In this document: positions 12,779-25,629 of the stretch, one piece after another
Position numbering within the stretch: the first letter of the stretch is position 1
How the letters are laid out: each line of letters opens with the position of its first letter
Assembly: GCA_036785375.1 (NCBI GenBank)
Contig: JAWMAR010000001.1
Location: forward strand, 17,608,001 to 17,672,000
Length of the DNA: 64,000 bases
Direction: 5' to 3'
From: Leucoraja ocellata
Lineage: Eukaryota
Program-made: the position numbers and the translations under genes
The notes under the pieces: generated by a model
Told to the model about the DNA's origin: nothing
The model's database searches: none
What the model saw: the letters and a program-made list of their open reading frames with translations, nothing else

Positions 12779-13544
12779 AGTTTGCGCATGGCTTCACTCT
12801 GACTATGGAGGCCAAGGACAGAAAGCTAGTTATGGGCATAGAAAGGGGAGTTAAAATGGTTAGGAACCAGGAGTTCCTGCTGGTCTTGCTGGACAGATCA
12901 CCAGTGTTTGGTGAAACAGTCGCCTAGTCTGGGCTTGCTCTCACCGGTGTAAAGGTCGCATCGGGAGTACCTCTATCTCCTGCATAGCTTGATGCGTGTG
13001 CGGACGTGGCGCCGACGGTCGAGAGGCCGAAGCAAAGAAGTCGAAGCCAAAGAACGGAATGGAAACGAGGCTGAAACGACAATAAACCGAAAGAGTCCGA
13101 AGACGAAACGCCTACTAGCCGAAAGGATGGGACGCCTAAATGCAAACTAACCGAAAGGGCGGGACTCCTATAAACCCAAGGAACTGAAAAGCTGCGTCAC
13201 CTAAAAGCAAACTTACCAAATGGCCGCTCTGTCGAAACGCCACCTACCCGAAAGGCCAAAGGAATGACTGCCGCTCAACAGAAAAGTTCATAACGGACTT
13301 GACGTTGCCGGGGGGTGGGACCTGTCAGCGATTGGTCCAGACCCCGTGTCCATCACATCACTGTAAAGGCATGAACATTGTCCCAAACCTCCGCTCCACC
13401 CGACCCGCAGCCCGCGGAGGGTGGCCGTGGGAGAGTGGGGGCTGTCCCGAGCGATGCACACCTTTGGCCGCTTTCAACTTGGTGCTTGGGTTCAGATTGC
13501 CCAGTCACCTATGGCTTGTGTGGGATAATGAACCCCATGCTCCC

Positions 13545-13885
13545 GTTTCCCCCTTCTCTCTTCCTCTTCTCTCTCTCCCCACCCCCCCTCTCTCTCTCCC
13601 TTCTCTCCCTCCCTTCTCTCTCCCCTCCTCTCTCTCCGCTCTTCTCTCTTTCCCTCCTCTATCCCCCCTCTCTCCCCCTTCTCTCTCTCCTCCTCTCTCC
13701 CCTCTTATCTCTCTCCTCCTCTCTCTCCACTCTTCTCTATCTCCTCTCTTCCCCTCCTCTCCCCCCCTCTCTCTTCCTTACTTCTCTCTCCCTTCTTTCT
13801 CTCTCCCTCTCCCTTCTCTCCCCACCCCCCCCCCCTCCCTTCTCTCTCTCCCCTTCTCTCGCCCTTCTCTCTCTCCTCCGTCTCC
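13545..13885. repeat. Polypyrimidine (C/T) low-complexity tract
   Basis: About 340 bp of almost pure C/T. Confidence 0.95.
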
Positions 13886-14061
13886 ACCGCGTGAGCGTCC
13901 CACAGTCACGGACCGCGATGCACCGCCATCGGACCCCAGCCACCACACCAGGGTGATTTCAACCACCCCCCTCCCTCTGACCACGGTCACATATGACATC
14001 ACATTTTTGGGGAACTGGTGTTATAGTTTATGAGATATTGATTTTTTTTTCAAGAAAACCA

Positions 14062-14295
14062 CAAATGGACTTTGGAAGGGGTAGGATGGGGACCCATAGA
14101 CCCGTTTATATCAACGGGTCGATGATGGAGAGGGTCAAGAGCTTCAAATTCCTGGGCGTACATATCTCTGAAGATATCTGGTCCGAGAACACTGATGCAA
14201 TTATAAAGATCAGTGCCTCTACTTCCTGAGAAGATTATGGGGAATCGGTATGTCAAGGAGGACTCTCTCAAACTTCTACAGGTGCACAGTAGAGT
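14062..14295 (+). mobile_element. Rex1/Babar RT C-terminal fragment
   Basis: PVYINGSMMERVKSFKFLGVHISED. Confidence 0.8.
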
Positions 14296-14430
14296 TGCAT
14301 ATTTATTTAATGGGATATTATCTGAAATAAAAATACTCTTAAATGGTAGGTATTAATAATTAATATTGATTAGTAGGACTGGATGTTACAATCCCTTAGG
14401 TTCTTCACCACAACTGACACCCGGTATTCT

Positions 14431-14735
14431 TAATAACAATAATAATACATTTTATTTATATAGCGCTTTTCAAGGACTCAAAGTCGCTTAACATGGTGAG
14501 TCAAGAACAAAACAAAATAGAGCAGTAAGACAGAGATGCAAAGGGGAGGGGGACATGGGACTAAGGGTATGCAGAGGTGAAGAGATGGGTCTTGAGGCGG
14601 GACTGGAAGTTGGTGAGGGACTCGGAATTTCGGATCAATTGTGGGAGGGAGTTCCAGAGCCTGGGAGCTGCCCTGGAGAAGGCTCTGTCTCCAAAAGAGC
14701 AGAGGTTGGATTTCAGAATAGAGAGGAGACTGGCT
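14431..14735 (-). mobile_element. L2 LINE 3' end
   Basis: FGDRAFSRAAPRLWNSLP...FQSRLKTHLF, plus tail AAAGCGCTATATAAATAAAATGTATTATT. Confidence 0.85.
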
Positions 14736-14874
14736 GAAACCATTCAGTCCACAGGAGTGTTCCTGATCACTGTGAGTGTCCCTGCTTACCAGGAGTGTCC
14801 AAGCCCGTTAGTTGATCCACGGGATAATTGCCAGGACTACCGTCCATGCACATAGTTTGCAGATGACGTGAATA

Positions 14875-14933
14875 ACCCTAGCCCTAGCCCTAACCCCAGC
14901 CCTAACACCAGCCCTAGCCCCAGCCCTAACCCT
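14875..14933 (+). repeat. Degenerate (CCCTAR)n hexamer repeat abutting the assembly gap (N 14934-15071)
   Basis: CCCTAG/CCCTAA/CCCCAG units run directly into the Ns. Confidence 0.85.
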
Positions 14934-15325
14934 NNNNNNNNNNNNNNNNNNNNNNNNNNNNNNNNNNNNNNNNNNNNNNNNNNNNNNNNNNNNNNNNNNN
15001 NNNNNNNNNNNNNNNNNNNNNNNNNNNNNNNNNNNNNNNNNNNNNNNNNNNNNNNNNNNNNNNNNNNNNNNGTGGCACCCCCGAACTTGATCATCTATAT
15101 CATGCCGAGTCATATCCGTCACACGAGTATTTTATGTTCATAATGTGTAAAATTATACAACAATTACCATAATTAGCAATTGTAATTGATAAATGAACGA
15201 TATGCTTCTGCCTATTAATCTGAAGTTAATATTGTTTAGAGGAAGTTGGTGAAAAGTGATGTGATGGTTACCATTCTTGCTGAAAATCACCACTTTTTTC
15301 GGCAGTAAACTGTAACTACAACCTC

Positions 15326-16990
15326 GACTCCACCCTATACCCCCCTGGTTAAATCCCTCCCTACCTATGTTCAAGACACCTCACATGCTCTTCGTCGACT
15401 CCAGGACTTCTGTTTTCTAGGCCCCCATTCTCTCATCTTCACCATGGATGTCAAGTCACTCTACACCTCCATCCACCACCAGGAGGGTCTCAAAGACCTC
15501 TGTTTCTTCCTCGACCGGAGAACCAACCAATCCCTGTCTACTCATACTCTCCTAAACCTAGCAGAGCTGGTCCTTACCCTTAATAACTTTTCGCTTGACT
15601 TCTCCCATTTCCTCCAAATACAAGGCATAGCTATGGGCATGGGCCCTAGCTATGCCTGCCTCTTTGTAGGGTACGTCGAACAATTCTTGTTCGTGACGTA
15701 TCGTGGCCTTATCCCCGAACTCTACCTCCGCTACATCGACGACTGCATTGGTGCTACCTCCTGCACCCACACACAACTCACTGACTTCATCCATTTCACC
15801 ACTAACTTCCATCCGGAACTTAAATACACCTGGACCATTTCCAACATTTCCCTACCATTTCTTGACCTCACTATCTCCATCGCAGGTGATAGACTACTGA
15901 CTGACATCCACTATAAACCCACTGACTCCCATGGCTATCTGGACTACACTTCTTCCCACACTGCTTCCTGTAAGGACTCCATCCACTACTCCCAATTCCT
16001 CCATCTATGCCGCATCTGCACCCAGGATGAGGTGTTCTACACCAGGGCATCAGAGATGTCCTCATTCTTCAGGTAACGTGGCTTCTCCCCCTTCTACCAT
16101 AGATGAGGCTTTCACCAGGGTCTCTTCTATATACCGTGACTCTGCTCTCACTCCCCCTCCCCCCACTCGTAACAAGAGCAGAGTCCCCCTTGTCCTCACC
16201 TTCCACCCTACTAGCCGTCACATACAACAAATAATCCTCCGACATTTTTGCCTCCTCAACGTGATCCCACCACTTGCCAAATCTTCCCATCTCCTCCCCC
16301 GACTGCTTTCCGCAGAGACCGCTGCCTCCGTAACTCCCTGGTCAATTCGTCCCTTCCCACCCGAACCACCCCCTCTCCGGGCACTTTCCCTTGCAACCGC
16401 AAGAAATGCTACAATTGTCGCTTTACCTCCCCCCTTAACTTCATTCAAGGACCCAAGCAGTCTTTCCAGGTGCGGAAGAGGTTCACCTGCACCTCTTCCA
16501 ACCTCATCTATTGCATCCACTGCTCTAGATGTTAGTTGCTCTACATCGGTGAGACCAAGCATAGGCTTGGCGATCGCTACGCCAAACACCTCCCCTCGGT
16601 TCGCAATAACCAACCTGATCTCCCGGTGGCTCAGCACTTCAACTCCCCCTCCCATTCCGAATCCGACCTTTCTGTCCTGGGCCTCCTCCATGGCCAGTGT
16701 GAGGACCACTGTAAATATTTCGCTTGGGCAGTCATATTTCGCTTGGGCAGTTTGCACCCCAGCGGTATGAACATTGGGGTTCTCTAATTTCAGGTAGTCC
16801 TTACTTTCTCCTCCCTTTCTCAGCTCTCCCTCAGCCCTCTGGCTCCACCTCTTCCTTTCTTCCTCCCACCCCCCCACACCCACCCCCACCCTCACATCAG
16901 TCTGAAGAAAGGTTCCGAAACGTTGCCTATTACCTTCGCTCCATAGATGCTGCCTCACCCGCTGAGTTTCTCCATCATTTTTGTCTACCA
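15326..16990 (+). mobile_element. Penelope-like element (Neptune-type): RT, Cys linker, GIY-YIG, pLTR; disrupted
   Basis: MDVKSLYTSI, QGIAMG.GPSYACLF, YLRYIDD; CNRKKCYNC linker; LIYCIHCSRC*LLYIGET (GIY-YIG); stops and frameshifts; pLTR with shortened hammerhead motif at ~16899-16927. Confidence 0.92.
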
Positions 16991-18347
16991 AGGATTGGAA
17001 GTTGATTGTAAGAGCCTCTTCAAATTCATCGTTTATTTTCTTCCGCTACCAAGGATATTCTTTAACTACTTTCAAAGATGCTAAACCACATAATGCTTCC
17101 TCCCTTTGTTTATCCTATCCAATGCTTCAATCACTTCTTCCTTTGCTACAGCATTAACATTGTCACTCACTTTTATGAGGCAGCTGAAAAATATTCACTA
17201 ATAAGCCTATTCCAATCTTCTATCTAACTACGTTCCCACACTGTACCTAGAAGTTTTTAATTCTCTTAATATTCAAAATCTATTGAACTTCATCTTGAAA
17301 ATACTAAACCATTCAACACCTTAAGACATGAGAGGAGCTGAGAGCATTTGACTGTGGCCATAATTTTTAAAATATTATTTTGATATTTTTCTTTAACATC
17401 AAAAATGCACTCCAAAAAGAACATTTTTTGATGAACTGCACCTTTCAGCCGAATTCTCAAAAACCCGAGAAGCTGCCCTGACTGGACAGAAGTATAAATC
17501 CATAATTATAAATAATTCATGACATACTTTGTGGGGAATGAATTGGAACTTTCGTTGATCTTTCTAGAGTGAAATATTTAACTGATCAATTTTTCTGCTC
17601 TACCAAAATTGCTTTCAGTAAACTTTAACATATTGAATTTCCAAGGAGACATTTCACAAATACATTGAAATATGAGAATACAAATGGAAAAAAGAGATTC
17701 TTGTTATTGGCCGCCTTAGGAATAGCCGACAACCACTGGGATTCTCAAAGGTATCAGGAGTCAATAACCGTTATCAGCAATGACCTACTGTAAATGCCGC
17801 TTTTTGCTCAACACTAGATGTGATTGGTACACTGCATTATGCGTGATCCTGTATGCAATGAAATGTGGCAAAGAAGGTGATGAGTCATTAACAGTTTCAT
17901 ACAGATTGATCAATGAGGGAAAGACCCGTTAAAACATGTGAGAAAACCATGAATAAAGGGACTAGATGCTATGAAATTAAAGTATGAGATGCTGGCAAGA
18001 CAGCATGTAAGTCCCAATTTTAACATAGCAGGGATCAGGCAGGAAAGAGGCAAATTGAGACAGTGCTGGTGTCTTAATGATTTTAACTCCAAGCCTTACC
18101 TGCATCACCTAAGTCAACTGCCTACGCAAAATTAATTGCCAAGCAGTTGTCTGGGAAGTGAAACTAGAATTGATCACCTGGCACCAAAGGAGTCATCTCT
18201 GACATAATTAAATTCTAGAAATGGGCAATTCTGAGCAGTTTGCATCCAGAGAGCAGCAGAGATCACAACCTTCCTTAGCACTTCACCTTTTCTTGGCTCC
18301 AGAATGGAAGTTAAATATAGAATTTACTCTTCACGATTCTTGTGATA

Positions 18348-18825
18348 TTTGAATTTGATTTGATTTGAATTTGATTTGATTTGAATTTGAATTTGATTTC
18401 TTTATTGTCATTCAGACCTTCTGGTCTGAACGAAATTACGTTGCCTGCAGTCATACACAGTAACAATAAATAACAAAACATACAATAAACACAAATTAAC
18501 ATACACCACAGTCAGTTCACCAAGCACCTCCTCACTGTGATGGAGGCAAAAGGCTTGGTCTCTGTCTCTTCCCTCCTTGTTCTCCCTCTGCGCTGAGGCG
18601 ATCGATCCAGGCCGAAGATGCCGCTCTCCAGTCCAGCGGACCTCCGTGATGATGTCACTGCTGCCGAAAGCCGGAACGCCGTCTCCGCTCCGAGTCGGCT
18701 CGCCACAGCCTCAGCTCCGAGTCTCGCCGCATCAGCTCCGAGTCCCACAGCCACAGCTCCGAGCCCCGCTGTATCAGCTTCGAGCCCCGCTGCATCAGCT
18801 CCGAGTCCTGCTGCCCCAACTCCAT
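18348..18825 (-). mobile_element. Non-autonomous SINE-like element 3' part with a 21-bp tandem repeat
   Basis: Minus: TGCCTCCATCACAGTGAGGAGG motif, GACAATAAAG and (ATTCAA/ATCAA)n tail. About six imperfect GCTCCGAG... 21-mers at 18687-18825. Confidence 0.65.
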
Positions 18826-19539
18826 ATAGGATCTTCTTCTAACTACCACTATTTGGCACAAACACTCAAATAGGTTTTCAGCTTAGGCACCAGTTCAAGT
18901 TTCAGTCAGAACCCAAAATCATAATCAGATCCTCCTATGCATGCTTATTAAATGACTGCCAAGCAAGATAACATCATGACAGCAAATAAGACATGCAAGA
19001 AGCTCTATGTGCTGAGGCATGGAATATTGGAGTCAGAAGCTCGTGGAATAACCAAATAAAACAGTAAATCACAATCCAGTTTTTACTTCTTTCAATGTAG
19101 ATAACTTCAGACTTCATCATATGTGGTCAGGTCACAATTCAGTACATTTTTCTAGTAGTGATGATGAGCACTTTTGCATACAGAATATTCCACTTGTTTG
19201 GTCTTTACTTTATGAGGACCAAGATGAAGCAGCTAACTACAACAATTTCCTCTCTTTCAGCTTTCTTCCCCACAGCACAATCAATCCGAAGAAGGATCCT
19301 GACCCGAAACATTACCTATCCATGTTCTCCAAAGATGCTGTCTGACCCACTGAGTTACTCCAACACTTGTGTCTTAATTTGAGACTTGCTATATGCTGAT
19401 GTCGGTCCTCTAGTATATTTATAAACATACAAAGACGATTAGATCTTTCTCCTGGATGTGTGAATTAACTACCTAATCGTGTTTATACAAGACAAAAGTG
19501 ATATTTAAATCAGATCCATCTCAGATAAGGGTTAGTCAA

Positions 19540-20190
19540 CATAGAACATTACAGCACAGGAATACGCCCATCATATCTGTGCCAAACATGATGTCAAGTT
19601 AAACTGATTTGCTCAGCCTGTACATGATCCATAACCCTCCATTCCCTGCAGAGCCTAAAACCTCTGAAATCCCATTGTCGGTTCTGCGACTTCCACCACC
19701 CCAGGCTGTGCAATCTAGGCACTTAACACTCCCCATGTAGAAAACTTGCCTTGCATATCTCCTTTAAACCTTCCCCCTCTCACCATAAAGCTATGCCCTC
19801 AAGTCTTTAACATTTCTATCCTTGATAAAGGTTCTGACTGTCTACCCTATCTATACTTCTCATAATTTTATATACTTCCATCAGCCTCAACCTCTGACGC
19901 TTCAGAGAAAACAAGACAAGTTTGTCCAACCTCTCCTTATAGCCATTACCCTTTAATTCAGGTAGCATTCTGGTAAACCTCTTCTGCACCCTTTCCATAT
20001 CTTTCCTCTAATTGGCTGAACAGATTTGCACTCCAAATGCAGCGTAACTGCAGTTATATAAAGCTGCAACATGACTTCCTGATTCTTATTCAATGCCTTG
20101 ACCAATGAAGATAAGCATAACATACGCCTTCTTCACCACTCTATCTATTCTGTTTCCATTTTCAGAGATCTATGGACTTGGAATCCAAGA
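19540..20190 (-). mobile_element. CR1 3' fragment
   Basis: ERVQKRFTRMLPEL...YKERLDKL...EVYKIMR. Confidence 0.85.
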
Positions 20191-20924
20191 TCCCGCTTAA
20201 TTCGTCCGGTAGTTCTTCCTGCTTTCCAGGTGGAAATAGTCTTTGAATAATGACAATCTAACTGTTGAAGTGTAAGAGTCATCATAGTTAAGTTGTTGCT
20301 CCTACCACCATTTCATCAACACATGCCAAGAAGTCACAGTGACCTCTATCTGCACTTCACAGTAGCTGGACAAAATCTGCAACTCTCTTCACAATGCATG
20401 CACAAAAAATCTTTAAGGCAAAATCCTCTTCTGTAATATTTCCAGGAGCTTAGATTCGAAGTAACCCTGGGTAAAATGTGATCTATCAAAGAGACATTTC
20501 TCAAAACAGTTATATTTCCATTTTTAAGTGGAAATCTAAAACACAATTAAAAGATTTTAAATTATAATATAACTGAAAAATAAAAATATGAAGGAGCAGA
20601 AATACTTAATAGGAAATCACAATCCCTATTATGATCCAACTAAACCTAAACATGCAGCAATTTTAAATCGGGGTTTCCTGCTCTGCCCGACATATTATTT
20701 TCATTGTTTTTATTTACTGGTCAGAATCAGATTCCTAGATTTTTTTTATTAATTAGTGTGTAAAAAAGGATATTAATGCACCTTATTGATTGCTGAGTCT
20801 GCATCTTAAGTTTTATTGTTGCAGTGTATAATTTGAAGTGTGCAAATTGTACCTTTCCTTTAAATGAAAGAACTGAATAACATTTAAATACTTTTATTCT
20901 TGGGGGGAGAAATGTTACCCTGGA

Positions 20925-21345
20925 GAATTAAAATGCTGAAGAAACTCAGCAGATGAGGCAGCATCTATGGAACGAAGGAATAGGCGACGTTTCGGGTCGT
21001 GACCCTTCTTCAGACTGATGTGGGAGAGAGACGAGAAGAAGAAAGGAAGAGGCGGAGACAGTAGGCTGTGGGAGAGCTGGGAAGGGGAGGGGAAGGAAGG
21101 AGAAAGCAAGGAGAAAGCAAGGACTACCTTGAAGATGTCAATGTTCATACCGCTGGGGTGTAAACTACCCAAGTGAAATATGAGGTGCTGCTCCTCCAAT
21201 TTGCGGTGGGACTCACCCTGGCCATGGAGGAGGCCCAGAACGGAAAGGTCGTATTCGGAATTGGAAGGGGAGTTGAAGTGCTGAGTCACCAGGAGATCGG
21301 GTTGGTTAATGTGAACTGAGCGGAGGTGTTGGGCGAAGCGATCCC
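20925..21345 (-). mobile_element. Penelope GIY-YIG C-terminus plus pLTR
   Basis: QHFNSPSNS..DLSVLGLLH...RKLEEQHLIFHLGSLHPSGMNID. Confidence 0.85.
20983..21016 (-). ncRNA. Minimal hammerhead ribozyme motif, core intact
   Basis: Reverse complement reads AGT CTGAAGA A GGGTC-AC-GACCC GAAAC GTC GCC. Confidence 0.75.
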
Positions 21346-21369
21346 AGTGTAATTATTCGGGCACCAGCA

Positions 21370-22762
21370 GAATGTGACAAGGTCTGAATACTATAACTGG
21401 CTGCAAAGCAAAGTCAGGCAAATCACTGATGATAATGCGGTCCTACCTGATGAACCTAATTTATTCTATACTCGCTTTGAGCAGAAGGTCAACGGGACAA
21501 TCACATCCATCCCCTCTTCTAGGGTCACTGTTGCAGAAGTTAGATTGACCTTCCTGAGGGTGAACCCACGATAAGCAACTGGCCTCGACGGAGTCTCTGG
21601 TCACGTCATTAGAAACTTCGCAGACCAACTAGCGGGAGTATTCATGGACATTTATAATCTCTCTATACTCTGTTCTGAGGTACCCACCCACTTCAGGAAC
21701 TATCATCATCCCATTGTCTTAGAAAAGCAAGATCTCATGCCTTAACAACAACCATCTACTGGCCTTGACATCCAACATCATGAAGTGCTTTGAGAGGTTG
21801 GTTATGGAATGCATTAAATCTAGTCTACCAAGTACAAATCCAACTCAATTAAAAATTTGTGGATGACACCACCGTAGTGGGCCAGATATCAAATAACGAT
21901 GAGACAGAGTACAGGAAGGAGATTGAGAACCTTGTAACCTGGTGTCAAGACAACAACCTTTCTCTCAATGTCAGCAAGACAAAAGAGATAGTGATCGACT
22001 TCAGGAAGTGAAGCGGTACACATACATTGCTATATATTGACAACGCCGAAGAAGAGATTGTTGAAAGCTTCAAGTTCATAAGATTAAATATCATCAGCAA
22101 TTTGTCCTGGGCCACCCATTCAAACCAAGAAAGCACCTCTACTTCCTTAGAAGGTTTAGGAAGTTTGGCATGTCCCCAACAAACCTCACCAACCTCTACA
22201 GATGCGCCGTAAAAATCATTTTTATTGGGATGCATCACAGCATGGTTTGGGAATAGCTCCATCCAGGACCACAAGAAATTGCAGAGAATTGTGGACGCAG
22301 CACAGATCATCACACAAACCTACCTCTCTTCCACTGACTCCAACTACGCTTCAAGCTGTCTCGGCAAAGCCACCAACTTTATCAAGGACAGGTCTCACCC
22401 CTGGCATTCCCTCTTCTCCCCTCTCCCATCAGGAAAGAGGTATAAAGTGTGAAAATGCAAACCCACAGATTCAGGGACTGTTTCTTCCCATCTGTTATCA
22501 AGCAAGTGAACCATTCTAACTACAACCAGAGAGTGGTCCTGAGCTACTATCCACCTCATTGGAGACCCTCAGGCTATGTTTAATTGGACTTTACTGGACT
22601 TTATGTTGCACTAAACATTATTCCCGTTACCCTGTATCTGTACACTATGGACGGCTCGATTGTAATCACATATAGCCTTACCACTGACTGGATAGCACAT
22701 AACACAAAAAGCTTTTCATTGTACCTTGGTATATGTGACACTAATAAACTAAACTAAACTAA
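21370..22762 (+). mobile_element. Rex1/Babar LINE, internally deleted
   Basis: LPDE.NLFYTRFE, ALTSNIMKCFERLV, KFVDDT, WCQDNNLSLNVSKTKE, CITAWFGN...LQRIVDAA; (TAAAC)n tail. Confidence 0.85.
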
Positions 22763-23136
22763 AAGTTAAAAAAACTTCGAATCCATCCATACCAATGCAC
22801 CTGATGCAGATACATCTGTCCATGGCAGTATGAGTAGACAACTGCAGTCCTTGTGGAAACCAAATCTCATCTTCACAGTGAAAATACTTCATCCTTTCAT
22901 GTAGCAGTACCGTCATGCTAACTGGAGAAATCGTACCATGAAAACAGGCCCTTTGGCCCACATGCCCATGCCAATCAAGATGCTCCATCCACACCAGTCC
23001 CACCTGCCTATGTTTGGCCCATATCTCTCAAAACCTTTCCTATCCATGTATGTACTGTCCAAACCATTTCTAACTATGTACCTGTCCTGAACAACCTTTT
23101 CACACACAGTGCATACACGAAACAAGTTATTTACTA

Positions 23137-23423
23137 TCTATATTACTAAAAGTCTGATCTTGACCACTTCCTGTTGTTCTGTATCTTGATTTTAGAAAAG
23201 ACGCTGCCACTTACAGCTGTGATTTTTGGCCATCTTACTCGGAGTCCCTCTCCACTGCGCAGGACAAGAGGATTTTCCCCATCGATGAAAAATAAAAGAG
23301 TTATTAGTGTTTAAAACATGTTGAGATTGTCTCTCCTGAAGACCACGCCCCTTCTGGAGGGACTATAGAACCCGGAAGTGTTGAGTGCCTCAGTCAGTCT
23401 CTGCAAGATGGGGGAGCGAGAGG
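23137..23423 (+). mobile_element. Helitron 5' fragment
   Basis: A|TCTATATTACTAAAAGTCTGATCTTGACCACTT matches the 5' ends at 10915(-) and 30777(+). No 3' end seen. Confidence 0.6.
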
Positions 23424-24918
23424 GCATTTGGCCAAGTATAGCATCAAGGAACTATGGCGAAACTGGAGCCAAATGGGAATATGGGGTTAAACTCTTTACT
23501 GATTGGAATCTTACCCAGCACAAAGGAAGATGGTTGTGGTGGTTGAAGATTAACCATCTCAGCCACAGATATTTCTGCAGGTTTTCTCGGGGGAGTGTCT
23601 TAGACCCAACCATCTTCAGCTGCCTCATCAATGACCTTCCTTCAATCATATAGGCTGAAGTAGCGATGTTCACTGATTGCACAATGACTAATCAACACCA
23701 TTTGCTATTCCACAGATAATGAAGCAAAATACAACCAAATGTTGCAAGTCATGGACTATATTCACACAAGTGTCAGGCAATTTCAAAATCCAGCAAAAAA
23801 AAGTATGAAAAAACTAAGCACCTCTAACCAGAAGTGCTATTGGTCTCTAGATATTTAGCATATAATGTTATGTGTAAATATTTATAAGAAGATATCCATG
23901 TATATTTAAATACAAGTAAAGGACTGAATCATATACAAGATATTATTAAGAAAACAGATAAATAGGGTCAAAACATTACGCTGCAGGTGTCATGAATGTA
24001 TGGACAGAATATGGCGATTCAGGGCAGATGGCAAACTCAGTCATACAATCTAGTCCATTGTATGAAAGGTTTTCCTTAACATTGGGTGGGATGTGGTCTT
24101 GATTGTCTATATTATCAGGATTTGCATCAATCAATGCAATTTACAATGCCTTCCTCATCTCAACCAGAAATGGGTGTCAACTCTTAAAGGGATTCATTCT
24201 TACCTGTATCTTTTTCATAATATTTCAAAAAGATTTGCTGAAATGGGCTTACACCCGCTTCCTCACTTTATTGATGCACAACGTCTTTGTGCAGACATTA
24301 TACATTTGCTTGCACCACTTTGTTTGGCAGCGGTTAAAAATGGCTCTTAAATACTTGCAAAATAAAATGCAAATGACCTTACTAATTAATGACCTTGCTA
24401 AATTAATGAATTTTTTTTTTTTAAATCCATGTGATAAAAACTATTCAGCAGGTAAGAAGTACTTCAAAACACAATAATGTTGTATGAAGGCTCTTCAACA
24501 AGATAATTTATTGTCAGCCTGTTGTTACATTAATGCACTTGGTGAAGAATATCTCCCAAAACAATCTAGTTCTCTTGCTCAGGATAATCTGTGTAAATCT
24601 AAACTAATGAACCAATAATGAAGGAGTTGTTGAGGCAAAATCAATTCAACAGATGAGGATAACATGGCTCAAGGCAATTAATTGAAAATTAGAATATGGA
24701 TTGATCTTAAAAAATCTTCAGCAACAACAACCGCCCGTGTAAAACATATTCAAAAACGTGATTTTCTGAATAACATAATAATGTGTTTACTTTGTTTATT
24801 TTATTTTCAACATTATTAAGAAATCAGAAAATCTCAATTTTTTAATTATTTAAACATTTTGAAACCAGAGTGCTGTATTTTGAAATGCAAGAAAATATCA
24901 CGTGTTTTACTCAACTAA

Positions 24919-25425
24919 TGCCCCTGTCCCACTTTTAGGCGATTTTTTCGGCGACGACAGGTGACTAGGCTGTTTTCACATGGTCGCGGGGTGACGCCTG
25001 TTTGGTCGTGAGTTGTCTCCTCAGGTCGCCTAAAGAATCGTAATGTTTTTCTGGTCGCCGTTGCATTTTGAAATGTTCAAAACTTTTCAGTGACTGTGGG
25101 CTTGACGTAGCTTGTCTTCTCCTGTCGCAGGTGCTGTTGTAGGTTGTCGCCAGCTGACGTTGGTTGTCGCCGGGTGCTAAATTCGGTGAATTCCATTGGC
25201 GACTACCTACGTCAGCCGACGTCAACCGGCGACAGGTACCGGCGACTGAATTGTCTTCAGTTGTCACTGACAGGGTCGTTGCTTGTCGTGGGTGGGCGTA
25301 GGTTGACTTCGGTTGTCGTCTGTGTGGTCGTAGGTTGTCGTCTGTGTGGTCGTAGGTTGTCGTAGGTATGGTTGTAGGTGGACGTCCTAATGGGTCGCCG
25401 ATTGTCGGTAGCTTGTTGTAGCTTG
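24919..25425. mobile_element. Truncated PIF/Harbinger-like MITE with one TIR
   Basis: TAA|TGCCCCTGTCCCACTT is the same TIR type as at 36855 and 37987; internal GGTTGTCG-type repeats; second TIR missing. Confidence 0.55.
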
Positions 25426-25629
25426 AGAATTTTGCCTGTGAGTTGATTGAAATCTAGTTTTTGATCGTAAGGAGGGAAGAAAAAAATTAAAGTGGAAAAT
25501 TAAATTAAAAAGGAAGCAATAATAACTTGAGAAGAAAAGTTAAGTCCTGGAGTTGTAACTGTACAAAATGTAGATGTATCATTGAGCCTGAGTATATTAC
25601 ATTTTTGAAGCTGGTAACAAGTTTAGTCT

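Larger units (their letters stand above)
11830..12975 (-). mobile_element. Penelope 3' fragment interrupted by a V-SINE
   Basis: Minus-strand pLTR and GIY-YIG C-terminal remnants (TACCCAAGTGAAATACGAGGTGCTGTTCC; GTTTGGTGAAACAGTCGCC). Confidence 0.65.

Noticed and set aside
13299-14033. Leu/Ser/Pro-rich ORFs
   Set aside because: They are translations of the C/T tract.
14875-15071. Telomere or chromosome fusion point
   Set aside because: Only ~60 bp of degenerate units before a gap, with ordinary sequence on both sides; cannot be supported.
18687-18825. CRISPR-like repeat-spacer pattern (also 31140-31390 and 47380-47602)
   Set aside because: Eukaryotic context; short imperfect tandem units inside mobile elements; spacers are related to each other; no cas genes.
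24093-24477. 124-aa and 85-aa ORFs in non-repeat DNA
   Set aside because: AT-rich, no recognisable motifs, and no consistent exon structure.
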